A stretch of DNA of 64,000 nt, from the NCBI GenBank assembly GCA_020635455.1, contig JACJZT010000003.1, positions 266,143 to 330,142 on the forward strand, written 5' to 3'. Position numbers and translations under genes: made by a program. Origin of the DNA: Flavobacteriales bacterium (GTDB taxonomy: Bacteria; Bacteroidota; Bacteroidia; NS11-12g; UBA9320). This document shows, in pieces, positions 1 to 9,242 of the stretch (positions are counted from its first letter, which is position 1; every line of letters starts with the position of its first letter). Under the pieces are notes generated by a model that was given only the letters and a program-made list of their open reading frames with translations, was not told the DNA's origin and did no database searches.

Positions 1-1263
1 TACATTGGCAAAATCACCCAAACGAACGTAATTGTCTTTTTTTTCTACCAACACCTCATTGTCTACTTCCGGAGAATCCGCCTCTGTTCGTCCAACAAAA
101 TAATTACCTTCAGTTTTATCAAACAGCACCTTAAGGGTTTTTCCAACCTTTGATTCATTTTTTTGAAGAGATATCTCCTGTTGAACGCTCATTAAGATAT
201 CTGCCCGGTCTTCTTTTTCTTCCGGGCTGATTTCATCCGGAAGACTAAATGAATGAGTATTGTCTTCGTGAGAATAGGTAAATACACCCAGGCGGTCGAA
301 TTTATAATCCTGAACAAAATTTACCAGCTCCTTAAAATCTTCCCTACTTTCACCGGGATGACCAATGAGCATGGTAGTTCTTATTGCAATTCCGGGTACT
401 TTTTGTTTGATGGTATCCATCAATTCGAGCGTTCGCCTTTTTGTTATACCCCTTCGCATGGTTTTGAGCATTGGGTCACTGATGTGTTGAAGAGGAATGT
501 CGAGATAGTTACAAATGTTATCTCTGGCAACCATTACGTCGAGAGCATCCAGCGGAAACTGGCTCGGGTATGCGTAATGCAAGCGTATCCATTCGATCCC
601 TTCTACATCGGCCAGCCTGTTCAAAAGTTCGGCAAGTTTTCGCTCACCATAAATATCAAGCCCATAATACGTTAGGTCCTGAGCTATAAGCAAAAGTTCC
701 TTTACGCCCGATCTGGCCAAACCTGAAGCTTCTTTTACAAGGTCTTCAATGGATTTGGAAACATGCTTGCCCCTCATAAGAGGAATGGCACAAAAGGAAC
801 ATGGCCGGTTGCATCCTTCCGATATCTTAAGATAAGCATAATGTGAAGGCGTAGTTGTAAGCCTCTCTCCAATCAATTCGTGTTTATAATCCGCACCAAG
901 AGTTTTAAGTAAATTGGGAAGTTCCAGGGTTCCGAACCATGCATCTACCTGGGGAATTTCTTTTAACAGATCTTCTTTATATCTGTGTGAAAGGCAACCT
1001 GTAACGTAGAGTTTGTCAATGTTGCCTTTTTGTTTCTCATCCACATAGGTAAGAATGGTATCAATACTCTCCTGTTTGGCCGTTTCAATAAATCCGCAAG
1101 TATTAACTACAATAATGTTTGAATCATTTTTTTGGGATTCATGCACCGCGTCCATGTTATTTCCCTTCAACTGACTCAAAAGGATCTCGGAATCAACAAT
1201 GTTCTTGGAACAACCAAGGGTAACGATGTTTATTTTATTGCTATGACGCGATTTGGTTCTCAT
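1..1263 (-). CDS. rimO: Radical SAM methylthiotransferase, RimO-like (MiaB family). The 3' end lies beyond the window start.
   Basis: Minus-strand translation from ATG at 1263 reads MRTKSRHSNKINIVTLGCSKN, the MTTase N-terminal cysteine motif. A radical SAM CxxxCxxC (EGCNRPCSFCAIP) and a C-terminal TRAM-like region follow. The ORF runs off position 1. Confidence 0.6.
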   Translation of the reverse strand, partial: MRTKSRHSNKINIVTLGCSKNIVDSEILLSQLKGNNMDAVHESQKNDSNIIVVNTCGFIETAKQESIDTILTYVDEKQKGNIDKLYVTGCLSHRYKEDLLKEIPQVDAWFGTLELPNLLKTLGADYKHELIGERLTTTPSHYAYLKISEGCNRPCSFCAIPLMRGKHVSKSIEDLVKEASGLARSGVKELLLIAQDLTYYGLDIYGERKLAELLNRLADVEGIEWIRLHYAYPSQFPLDALDVMVARDNICNYLDIPLQHISDPMLKTMRRGITKRRTLELMDTIKQKVPGIAIRTTMLIGHPGESREDFKELVNFVQDYKFDRLGVFTYSHEDNTHSFSLPDEISPEEKEDRADILMSVQQEISLQKNESKVGKTLKVLFDKTEGNYFVGRTEADSPEVDNEVLVEKKDNYVRLGDFANV

Positions 1264-1265
1264 AT

Positions 1266-2216
1266 TTATCCGAAGATGGATTCGACATAGGCTGCAGGAT
1301 CAAAAACCTGAAGATCGTGCATTCCCTCACCAACACCTATGTATTTGACCGGTATTTTAAATTGATCGGAAATTCCGATGACCACTCCGCCTTTGGCTGT
1401 TCCGTCGAGTTTGGTAACGGCCAAAGCATTCACTTCTGTAACTGAAGTAAATTGTTTAGCCTGTTCAAAGGCATTTTGTCCGGTTGTACCATCCAGAACC
1501 AAAAGGATCTCATTGGGCAGATCTTCTCTCACTTTTTGCATAACACGTTTGATCTTTGAAAGTTCATTCATAAGATTCACTTTATTGTGCAATCGCCCTG
1601 CTGTATCAATGATAACAACGTCGGCATCGTTTTCGTACCCGTATTTAACTGCATCATAAGCCACTGCAGCAGGGTCGGTGTTCATGCCTTTTGAAATAAA
1701 CTCAACTCCGGCACGATCGCTCCAAATCTTTAACTGATCCACGGCTGCAGCGCGGAAAGTATCGGCTGCGCCCAATACGACCTTCAAACCTTCTGAGTGG
1801 AACTTATTGGCCAATTTACCTATGGTGGTGGTTTTGCCCACCCCATTTACTCCAACCACCATAATCACATACGGCTTTTTACCTACACCAATGTTCAGTT
1901 TCTCATTATGTGATTGCAACAAAGAACTGATCTCTTCTTTTAAGATACGGTTCAGATCGTCCATGCCGGTGTATTTTTCGCTTGCAACTCTCGACTCAAA
2001 ACGCTTCAGGATGTTAAGAGTTGTTTGAATTCCAACATCGGCCGAAACAAGGGTTTCCTCGAGATCATCAAGAAATTCATCGTCAACTTTGGTTCTTCCG
2101 AAAAAAGTAGTACTGAGTTTTCCAAGAAAGCTGTTTTTTGTTTTTTCAAGCCCTTTATTGAGACTTGCTTTTTCTTCTTCGGATTTGTTTCTTTTAAAAA
2201 AATCAAATATTCCCAT
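1266..2216 (-). CDS. ftsY: Signal recognition particle receptor FtsY
   Basis: 316 aa with the SRP GTPase P-loop GVNGVGKTTTIGKLA, DTAGR and TKLDGTAKGG motifs. Confidence 0.9.
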   Translation of the reverse strand: MGIFDFFKRNKSEEEKASLNKGLEKTKNSFLGKLSTTFFGRTKVDDEFLDDLEETLVSADVGIQTTLNILKRFESRVASEKYTGMDDLNRILKEEISSLLQSHNEKLNIGVGKKPYVIMVVGVNGVGKTTTIGKLANKFHSEGLKVVLGAADTFRAAAVDQLKIWSDRAGVEFISKGMNTDPAAVAYDAVKYGYENDADVVIIDTAGRLHNKVNLMNELSKIKRVMQKVREDLPNEILLVLDGTTGQNAFEQAKQFTSVTEVNALAVTKLDGTAKGGVVIGISDQFKIPVKYIGVGEGMHDLQVFDPAAYVESIFG

Positions 2217-2252
2217 TGGATGATCTGGATTTAATTAGGGTTTTTCTTATTT

Positions 2253-2298
2253 CTATAAAAAGCAAAAAGGCTTTCTGCCATAATGCGGAAAGCCTTTT
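2253..2298 (-). terminator. Rho-independent terminator after the rpmB-rpmG-DUF4295 operon
   Basis: Inverted repeat AAAAGGCTTTCtGC / GCgGAAAGCCTTTT with a 6-nt loop at 2265-2298. On the minus strand it is followed by TTTTTGCTTTTTAT. Confidence 0.55.
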
Positions 2299-2318
2299 GA
2301 CCGAATATCATAAGAGGC

Positions 2319-2471
2319 TTATTTAAAAGCGTTCTTTACCATTTCGGATGGCATCATTTCTTCTTTAAAAGTATAGGCACCGGTTTTCGGACTTCTTACG
2401 GCACGAATTACTTTGGCCCAATCTTTACCGGCTCCTGCCGTTTTCAGTGTTGCAACAACTTTCTTTGCCAT
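2319..2471 (-). CDS. Small DUF4295-like protein that commonly follows rpmG in Bacteroidetes
   Basis: 50-aa ORF MAKKVVATLKTAGAGKDWAKVIRAVRSPKTGAYTFKEEMMPSEMVKNAFK. Its start lies 3 nt after the rpmG stop. It is not in the ORF track because it is under 60 aa. Confidence 0.6.
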   Translation of the reverse strand: MAKKVVATLKTAGAGKDWAKVIRAVRSPKTGAYTFKEEMMPSEMVKNAFK

Positions 2472-2473
2472 GA

Positions 2474-2656
2474 TTATTTAATTTCTTTGTGTATGGTTTT
2501 ACGTTTCAGTATGGGATTGAATTTTTTCAATTCAAGTCTTTCTGTAGTATTCTTCTTGTTCTTGGTGGTAATGTAACGTGAAGTTCCGGGCATGCCTGAG
2601 TCTTTATGCTCGGTGCACTCCATAATTACCTGAACGCGGTTTCCTTTCTTTGCCAT
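2474..2656 (-). CDS. rpmG: 50S ribosomal protein L33
   Basis: 60 aa [37 protein letters not shown], the canonical L33 sequence. Confidence 0.9.
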   Translation of the reverse strand: MAKKGNRVQVIMECTEHKDSGMPGTSRYITTKNKKNTTERLELKKFNPILKRKTIHKEIK

Positions 2657-2662
2657 CGTACT

Positions 2663-2896
2663 TTAGATTTTTCCTTTTGTAAATAAATTATTCAAACAAG
2701 CGGAAATACCTTTCTTGTTTATTGTTTTAAGAGCAGAGGTAGAAACTTTTAAGGTAATCCACTCATCTTCCTCCGGAATATAAAATCTTTTGGTATGAAG
2801 ATTCGGGTAAAACCTGCGTTTCGTTTTTCTGTTTGAAAAGGAAACGTGATTTCCTGCCAATGCTTTCTTTCCTGTTAAATCACAAACCCTGGACAT
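2663..2896 (-). CDS. rpmB: 50S ribosomal protein L28
   Basis: The ORF track extends to 2926, but L28 homology (MSRVCDLTGKKALAGNHVSFSNRKTKRRFYPNLH) begins at the internal ATG at 2896. Confidence 0.85.
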   Translation of the reverse strand: MSRVCDLTGKKALAGNHVSFSNRKTKRRFYPNLHTKRFYIPEEDEWITLKVSTSALKTINKKGISACLNNLFTKGKI

Positions 2897-3167
2897 AATT
2901 ATTTTTTTTGGGACTGCAAAAGTCATATTTTTTTTCTAATAATCCAATGAATTACTTAAAAAAATAATTTTTCATAAACGAAGATCAACTTTCCTTCAGA
3001 GTCACAGATTTTTGTTCTGAAATACATTTCTGATAATGTCAATTACACATTAAAAAACTTAGCTAATCGGAATCCGTTCAAGGTTTCTAACACCTTTGGT
3101 TTTAAACTCGCATCAGCAAAAGATCCAGAGACTCGCACCAGCCTAAAAATCAGACTTACACCTTTAC

Positions 3168-6100
3168 TTAAACCTTTTTCAAAGGTAATACGATAAAAAA
3201 CTCAGAACCTTTGCCGGGCTCCGAATTGAAACTGATCTCGCCACCACTGTTTTCAACGATCTTCTTTGAAATGGCAAGTCCCAGCCCCATTCCGGAATTT
3301 TTGGTACTGAAACTCGGTACAAAGATCCGGTTTTTAAGATCATCGCTTATTCCTGTTCCATTATCCCTGATCCCAACGATCACTTTTTCATCAGACACTT
3401 TACAGGAAATCGTAATGATACCTTCCCTTTCGGGTGGAATGCTCTGAATGGCATTTTTTATAATGTTGGTAAACACCCTGCTGATCTGTTCAGGATCGGT
3501 ATAAACCGTTATGGGTTTCAAATTTTTATCGTATTCAATCAGGACGTTTTCCGATTGCTCGAACAAATGAATGGTGGACAAAAGTACCTTATCGATCCGG
3601 CAGTCGAGAAAAAGGTCGGTTGGCATTTTGGCAAACGAAGAAAACTCTGTGGCAAGACGACTCAAACTATCAATTTGCTCGATCAGGATACCGGTAACCC
3701 GCTTAAAACTTGCATCCATCCCTTCACGATCCGAATTCCAGGCACGTTGAAGATGCTGTATGTTCAGTTTCATAGGAGTTAGAGGATTTTTGATCTCATG
3801 AGCCACCTGTCTGGCCATTTCTTTCCAGGCACCTTCCCTCTCCGATTCACTCAATTTATGGGCACTTTCCTCCAGTTCTATTACCATCTTATTGTATTGT
3901 TTCACCAACTGTCCAATCTCATCGTCCCGTTTCCATTCAATGATCTCATTTTTCATGGATATACTGGTTTTCGACAATTTTTCACGAATGATCTGTAAAG
4001 GAAGCGATATTCTCTGGCCAATAAAATACGCTATGATAATTGCAATAAGCAACAGTAAAAAATATATATTGATGAGCGAAACCAAAAAAGAGGAGATCTC
4101 CTTATCAATTTCCGACTTCTCTGTAAAATATGGTAAGTTCAGATAGGCTTTTATTTTGTTTTCATCGTTGAACAGTGGAACGTATCCGGATAAATATTCA
4201 AAATCCATGACTTTTTCCTTCTGAAGCAATTGTGACGCATTTTCATTTCTCAATTTATACAGGGCTACCGGGTCCATGAGTTTGGCCAGGAAATATTCGT
4301 TATAGATAACCGGTTGTGTAGATGCCAGCAACAATCCCGACTTATCGAAAATATTCAGGTCGATCCTGTTGGCATCGCTCAAATAATTTACCAATGCCCT
4401 TAACCTTTCATTGCTTCTCAATTTCCTCGAAAGGTCAGGTTCGTTTTCAAGCTGATTCATGATCTCCTTAAGTTTCAGGTATAACTGGTCCTGTTGACGC
4501 TGATTGTAATTATACCGAACATACTGTATGGTAAAAAATACGGATACCACCAATCCAAAAAACACCAAACCAACCATACTTACCTGAATTCGGGAACTCA
4601 ACATTCGCTGTTTGGCACTGATAAGTGGAAGCGTTTTGCTCAATAGATCAAGTAAAGGCGCATTACCACGGTTTTTACCTGCGAACTTATTCCATCCAAA
4701 ACGGGCGATGTAAATTCCTGACCACAACAAAGCAAACAACACACCGAGTACCGTAAAATAAATAAACATGAAGGAGAACAGTGCAAAGGATTTTACAAGA
4801 TAATCTTTGCGTTTGCTGATTACAATTTTTATATCGTTGACCGGCGAACTGATAAAATGCTTGTAGCCAGGAAGACTAAAGACATTTTTGTCGTTGTACA
4901 TCAATTCTCCGGTTGGAATTGCCAAACGGTACGGATAGTCTCCTTTCTGACTTATAAGCGTATTGTTCTGATAGATGGCATAGGAATATTCTTTAAACTC
5001 AAAAACGGTCTGTTGATTTTTGGAGTTGATTATGTCGGGATATGAATGTGAGCTTTGGATGATCTTAGGCTGAAGAAGCAGAAATACAGAACCAAAATTT
5101 CCATGAAGGTTACAAGTTTCAAACTTCGCAATGTATCCCCTTACCCCTGCTTGTTTTTTGATGTGATAAAAATGATTGCTTATGGTTGGATACGATTCGA
5201 ACGAATAGATGGAATCCAATAGTTTGAACGGATAGCGCGGATTCATCCCTATCCGCACATTATTGCTGTCGAAGCTAATGATCTTAAGCTCAAATTTATC
5301 GAGGTAGCCCGAAAAGAACAGGTTCTTGATCCTTTTTTCATATTCATCCTGTTGTTTGAAAAAATTCTGAAAATCTTGGGGTGTAATAAATTCCTTGATC
5401 AGTTTTTGTTCCATCATGGCAAACTTGCCTTCTGCCTCCAAATCTTGATTTGCATAAATTTTATTGACAAATACGTTGAGATATTCCTGTTCGTGCTTTT
5501 TATTTTGAAAATTAATAATGAATGCTGCAAATCCTGAGATCATCAGGAGAATGAGAATGTTAAGATAAAAATCCTTGATGGAAGGCCGGAAGATGAGCCA
5601 GATATAAATAATGGAACAAAAAAGTATGGTAACAAAAATAGAAACACCAGCCATGTGACCGTTGTAATGCTGAAAAAGTCCGTAAAGTAGAAAGGTTAGA
5701 AATAGGGCAATCGCTTGTGTTTTGGTTTTTAAATGTCTGAAACCTGAAACCGTAAATAAGAATTCGGCTATGTAAACAAGACTTCCCATCAAAACCCCAA
5801 TGATGGTCAAACTCAAAAATGAGTATACGTTGATTTTGGGCAGATCGGAGAAATGGAAGGAAATGTTGGAATCGACAACCAGACTTTTTATAATTGAAAA
5901 TACCAGATCCGTTCCAAAAGCATAAAGCAGGCACAAAACACTAGCCTTGATCCATTCAAAACCGGAAGCAGGAATGTATAGGAACATTCGGTTCTTTATT
6001 CGAGTGAAGGAATAAAAGATCAGTAGAAAAAAAATAATGTGAAGAACCAGATCCCCCATTGAAGGCAATAGAACGGAGGATGCATAAATTTCGGGATCGA

Positions 6101-6890
6101 AGAGATCACTGTTCTGAAGTGACTGCAAGATCCAGTGTTTGTACAATATAAATCTAAGGCAAAGAATTATCAGACAAATGACCAGAAAAGATTGAACCCT
6201 CAGTCCGTTCTTGTTCTGCAATTCAATAAACCGGAAGATCAGAAGTCCGAATATCATAAGTAAGATAAGTCCCAGAACTACCCAACTTCGATTTATGTTC
6301 TCAATATCGATAATGTTAAAACGAGCATAGCTTTTTCCGTCTAACCACTTAAGTTCGTAACCCGAAGAATAATCCCCAAGATTGTATATGTATGCATTGT
6401 CTTCCTTTAGAGGATGGTTGTCCGGCAATTCGGGACTATCGGAATAATCGCCTGCAAGATACAGTAAATAGATCTTGTAAGGGGAGACTTCCTTTTTGCA
6501 TACCAAAAATACTCTTCGACCAATTTCACGAATGAATACCGAATCGCTGTTGCGTTTTGAAATACTATCAACTGAAGCCAGATTGGAATTCCAGAAAAAA
6601 AGCGTGTCGTTGCGTGTGGCGATCAGATTAAAATTCGCATTCGACAGTGCCTCTATTTCGGGCGAATAAATACTTTGATCCCCAATTTCGTTTATGAGTT
6701 GTGCTTTCCTGAGAAATCCAAATGCTTCATTCTTTTTAAATTCCAAATGCGCCTCAAGCTCTTTACCCAGTTTTAGCTCTTCCTTTTTAATAAACTGATC
6801 GTCAGTCGTCTTATCTGCAAAAAGCAATAGAAAAACCAAGGAGCAAATCGCTCCTAAATAAAAATATGGTTTATGGAATATACGATTCAA
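3168..6890 (-). CDS. Large multi-membrane-spanning sensor histidine kinase (HAMP, HisKA, HATPase_c) with no adjacent response regulator
   Basis: 1240 aa. An N-terminal signal anchor and extracytoplasmic domain are followed by a cluster of about 8 transmembrane helices and two further membrane-anchored regions. The C-terminus has an H-box HEIKNPLTPM and N/G-box ATPase motifs (GTGISDD, GMGLGLAISKKIV). Confidence 0.8.
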   Translation of the reverse strand: MNRIFHKPYFYLGAICSLVFLLLFADKTTDDQFIKKEELKLGKELEAHLEFKKNEAFGFLRKAQLINEIGDQSIYSPEIEALSNANFNLIATRNDTLFFWNSNLASVDSISKRNSDSVFIREIGRRVFLVCKKEVSPYKIYLLYLAGDYSDSPELPDNHPLKEDNAYIYNLGDYSSGYELKWLDGKSYARFNIIDIENINRSWVVLGLILLMIFGLLIFRFIELQNKNGLRVQSFLVICLIILCLRFILYKHWILQSLQNSDLFDPEIYASSVLLPSMGDLVLHIIFFLLIFYSFTRIKNRMFLYIPASGFEWIKASVLCLLYAFGTDLVFSIIKSLVVDSNISFHFSDLPKINVYSFLSLTIIGVLMGSLVYIAEFLFTVSGFRHLKTKTQAIALFLTFLLYGLFQHYNGHMAGVSIFVTILFCSIIYIWLIFRPSIKDFYLNILILLMISGFAAFIINFQNKKHEQEYLNVFVNKIYANQDLEAEGKFAMMEQKLIKEFITPQDFQNFFKQQDEYEKRIKNLFFSGYLDKFELKIISFDSNNVRIGMNPRYPFKLLDSIYSFESYPTISNHFYHIKKQAGVRGYIAKFETCNLHGNFGSVFLLLQPKIIQSSHSYPDIINSKNQQTVFEFKEYSYAIYQNNTLISQKGDYPYRLAIPTGELMYNDKNVFSLPGYKHFISSPVNDIKIVISKRKDYLVKSFALFSFMFIYFTVLGVLFALLWSGIYIARFGWNKFAGKNRGNAPLLDLLSKTLPLISAKQRMLSSRIQVSMVGLVFFGLVVSVFFTIQYVRYNYNQRQQDQLYLKLKEIMNQLENEPDLSRKLRSNERLRALVNYLSDANRIDLNIFDKSGLLLASTQPVIYNEYFLAKLMDPVALYKLRNENASQLLQKEKVMDFEYLSGYVPLFNDENKIKAYLNLPYFTEKSEIDKEISSFLVSLINIYFLLLLIAIIIAYFIGQRISLPLQIIREKLSKTSISMKNEIIEWKRDDEIGQLVKQYNKMVIELEESAHKLSESEREGAWKEMARQVAHEIKNPLTPMKLNIQHLQRAWNSDREGMDASFKRVTGILIEQIDSLSRLATEFSSFAKMPTDLFLDCRIDKVLLSTIHLFEQSENVLIEYDKNLKPITVYTDPEQISRVFTNIIKNAIQSIPPEREGIITISCKVSDEKVIVGIRDNGTGISDDLKNRIFVPSFSTKNSGMGLGLAISKKIVENSGGEISFNSEPGKGSEFFIVLPLKKV

Positions 6891-7855
6891 TAATGAACTT
6901 TCTTTATCAAATAATGACTGACGTAATCCTTCACCGATTCGTCAAGTGATGCAAAGTTGTCCCTGAAACCAGCTTGCCTTAACTTATCCATTTTGGCCTC
7001 TGTAAAGTACTGATACGTATTTCTGATGTCTTCCGGAATGTCAATGTATTCAATATTTACCGGTTTTTCAAGTGCATTAAAAATTGCTTCCGCCAGTTGA
7101 TTCCATGTTTGTGCTTTACCGGTACCAAGATTATAGATCGCGCTTTCCGGAAGGTTTTTATAGAGATAGAGAATTACTTTAAGTACATCCTTAACATAAA
7201 TAAAATCTCTAAGTTGTTCGCCATCCTTATATTCTGAAAGATGACTCCTGAACAATCGGATCTTACCTGTATTCACGATCTGATTGGTACCATGCATGAC
7301 CATGCTTGCCATTCGTCCTTTGTGATATTCATTTGGACCAAAGACATTAAAAAACTTTAACCCATACCAATGAGGTGGCTTTTCTTCCTCCTCAAGTGCC
7401 CAGAGATCAAACTCATGTTTACTCAGGCCATAAGGATTTAAGGGTTTCAATCCATGAATAAGACGGTGATCGTCGCTGAAACTTTTTTCTCCCATACCAT
7501 AAGTAGCTGCAGAAGATGCATAGATCATTGGCACCGCAAAACGACTGCAATACTCCCATACCTTCATTGTATAGTGTGTGTTAAGCTTTTCGAGAAGCTG
7601 ATGATCAAATTCGGCAGTGTCGGTTCGTGCACCAATGTGAAACACAAATTCGGCCTCCTTTACAAACTGAGGTGATTGTATGAATTCATTGCGATCCACC
7701 TTCTTGATCCGCTCCGATTCCGGAAGGTTCTTGTTTTTATCGGTATTGGAAAAATCGTCTACAGCAAGTATGATCCCGTCGTAAACCTTAAGTAGCTCAC
7801 AAGTTAGGCAACTGCCTATAAAACCTACAGCACCCGTTACAATTAACATATTCAT
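6887..7855 (-). CDS. hldD: ADP-L-glycero-D-manno-heptose 6-epimerase-like NAD-dependent epimerase
   Basis: Rossmann motif TGAVGFIGS, and a YASSAATYG motif typical of HldD. It overlaps the kinase start by 4 nt. Confidence 0.65.
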   Translation of the reverse strand: MNMLIVTGAVGFIGSCLTCELLKVYDGIILAVDDFSNTDKNKNLPESERIKKVDRNEFIQSPQFVKEAEFVFHIGARTDTAEFDHQLLEKLNTHYTMKVWEYCSRFAVPMIYASSAATYGMGEKSFSDDHRLIHGLKPLNPYGLSKHEFDLWALEEEEKPPHWYGLKFFNVFGPNEYHKGRMASMVMHGTNQIVNTGKIRLFRSHLSEYKDGEQLRDFIYVKDVLKVILYLYKNLPESAIYNLGTGKAQTWNQLAEAIFNALEKPVNIEYIDIPEDIRNTYQYFTEAKMDKLRQAGFRDNFASLDESVKDYVSHYLIKKVHY

Positions 7856-8125
7856 GCAAAATAAACGAATTTGTGTTAGGAAATTAATTTTTTAGACGTC
7901 TCCTTCAACACTTTCGAACAAGGGATTTTTTATTTGGATGAAAAGCTCCAACCAAAAGCAAGCAAAAGACAATTATTGAGTCGGATTCGTTTTTTGCGAT
8001 CTGGACTGTATAACCAATTTTTTCGGTATTCAAATTTTAAAGCCGGTTGACTTTCATCAAGGATATCCCTAATTTTTATTGGCAAAAACACCTAGTGAAC
8101 AAAGTTAAAAAAATAAGTTTTAATG

Positions 8126-8133
8126 TATCTTTG
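8126..8133 (+). promoter_or_regulatory. Bacteroidetes sigma-A -7 box TAtcTTTG, positioned for a leaderless queD transcript
   Basis: TATCTTTG at 8126-8133, ending 7 nt before the ATG at 8141. Confidence 0.45.
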
Positions 8134-8140
8134 CAGCTTT

Positions 8141-8566
8141 ATGGGATCGGATAAAGGGATGGTTTATGTTACCAGAAAGCTGCATTTTAATGCTGCTCAT
8201 AAACTTTACAATCCGAATTGGTCAAAAGAAAAAAATACCGAGATCTTCGGAAAATGCGCCAACGAATACTGGCATGGACATAATTTTGATCTTTTTATAA
8301 CGGTTAAAGGCATTCCAAATCCTGAAACCGGTTATGTAATTGACTTAAAAGTACTTAAAGACCTGGTGGAAGAAAAAGTAATTCGCAAACTCGACCACCG
8401 TAACCTGAATCTGGATGTTGATTTTATGCAGGGTAAAATGGCTTCGATCGAAAATCTGGCAAAAGCCATTTGGGAGGAGCTTTATCCATATATCAATGCA
8501 GGGGAACTTTACTGCGTAAAATTGTATGAAACCCCCAGGCAATGGGTAAGTTATTACGGCAAGTAA
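8141..8566 (+). CDS. queD: 6-carboxy-5,6,7,8-tetrahydropterin synthase / 6-pyruvoyl-tetrahydropterin synthase family
   Basis: PTPS-like sequence VTRKLHFNAAHKL...HGHNF. The ORF-track start at 8123 overlaps the promoter box, so the start is placed at 8141. ATG at 8159 is an alternative. Confidence 0.75.
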   Translation: MGSDKGMVYVTRKLHFNAAHKLYNPNWSKEKNTEIFGKCANEYWHGHNFDLFITVKGIPNPETGYVIDLKVLKDLVEEKVIRKLDHRNLNLDVDFMQGKMASIENLAKAIWEELYPYINAGELYCVKLYETPRQWVSYYGK

Positions 8567-8680
8567 CGACCATTAGCAAAAGCCTCAATAAAATCGGGTG
8601 ATCACCGTCGGGGAATTGAAAAAGATCACTTTCCTGAATCGCATTAGCATTTTAAGGCAGCCTTGTATTATCTTTGTGAA

Positions 8681-9211
8681 ATGCAAATTGGAGATAAATT
8701 ATTCGATTTTGAACTTCCGGCAACCGATGGTAAGACATACAGCAAGTACACCGTTGCCGACAAATACGCCTTATTGATCATTGTATCCTGTAATCATTGC
8801 CCATATTCCAGGGCTTACTGGCACCGGATCGTTAAAATGTGGCAGAAGTTCGAAGAGGATGATCTTGCCATTTACATCATCAACGGTAACGATGCTACCA
8901 AATACCCGCAAGATTCGTTCGAAAACATGAAAATTCTTGCCGATCAGCTTTTTGAAGGCAAATTCCCATACCTGTACGATGAAAGTCAGGAAGTACTAAA
9001 AAAATTGGGAGCCACCCGAACCCCTGAAGCATTTTTGTTCAATTCAAGAAGAGAACTTGTGTATAAAGGAGCCATTGACGATTCATGGGACAATGCCAAT
9101 GCCGTAACCTTTGTTTATCTTGATGACGCGATCGAATATACACTTGATGGCCTCGAAGTTGATTATCCTGAAGTTCCGGCTGTCGGATGTACCATCAAAT
9201 GGAAAGATTGA
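8681..9211 (+). CDS. Thioredoxin-fold (redoxin/AhpC-TSA-like) thiol-disulfide oxidoreductase
   Basis: CxxC active site CNHC within a thioredoxin-like fold. TATCTTTG at 8669-8676 sits immediately upstream, and the ORF-track start at 8663 lies inside that promoter box. Confidence 0.65.
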   Translation: MQIGDKLFDFELPATDGKTYSKYTVADKYALLIIVSCNHCPYSRAYWHRIVKMWQKFEEDDLAIYIINGNDATKYPQDSFENMKILADQLFEGKFPYLYDESQEVLKKLGATRTPEAFLFNSRRELVYKGAIDDSWDNANAVTFVYLDDAIEYTLDGLEVDYPEVPAVGCTIKWKD

Positions 9212-9242
9212 TCTGATTTCTCTTTACATTAAGTAGCTTAGT

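Noticed and set aside
253-675. 140-aa plus-strand ORF inside the rimO-like gene. Similar antisense ORFs occur throughout (1378-1659, 1807-2028, 3211-4146 cluster, 9609-9902, 13037-13651, 17018-17371, 18716-19003, 19498-19950, 21280-21912, 21489-22592 cluster, 24955-26724 cluster, 42757-43324, 53423-55928 cluster, 56584-56868, 57294-57617, 59699-61110 cluster).
   Set aside because: These are shadow ORFs on the strand opposite well-supported conserved genes. They have no motifs, and their codon usage is the mirror image of the real gene.
2896-2926. Ten-codon N-terminal extension of rpmB (MTFAVPKKII)
   Set aside because: L28 proteins start at MSRVC. The extension is not conserved.
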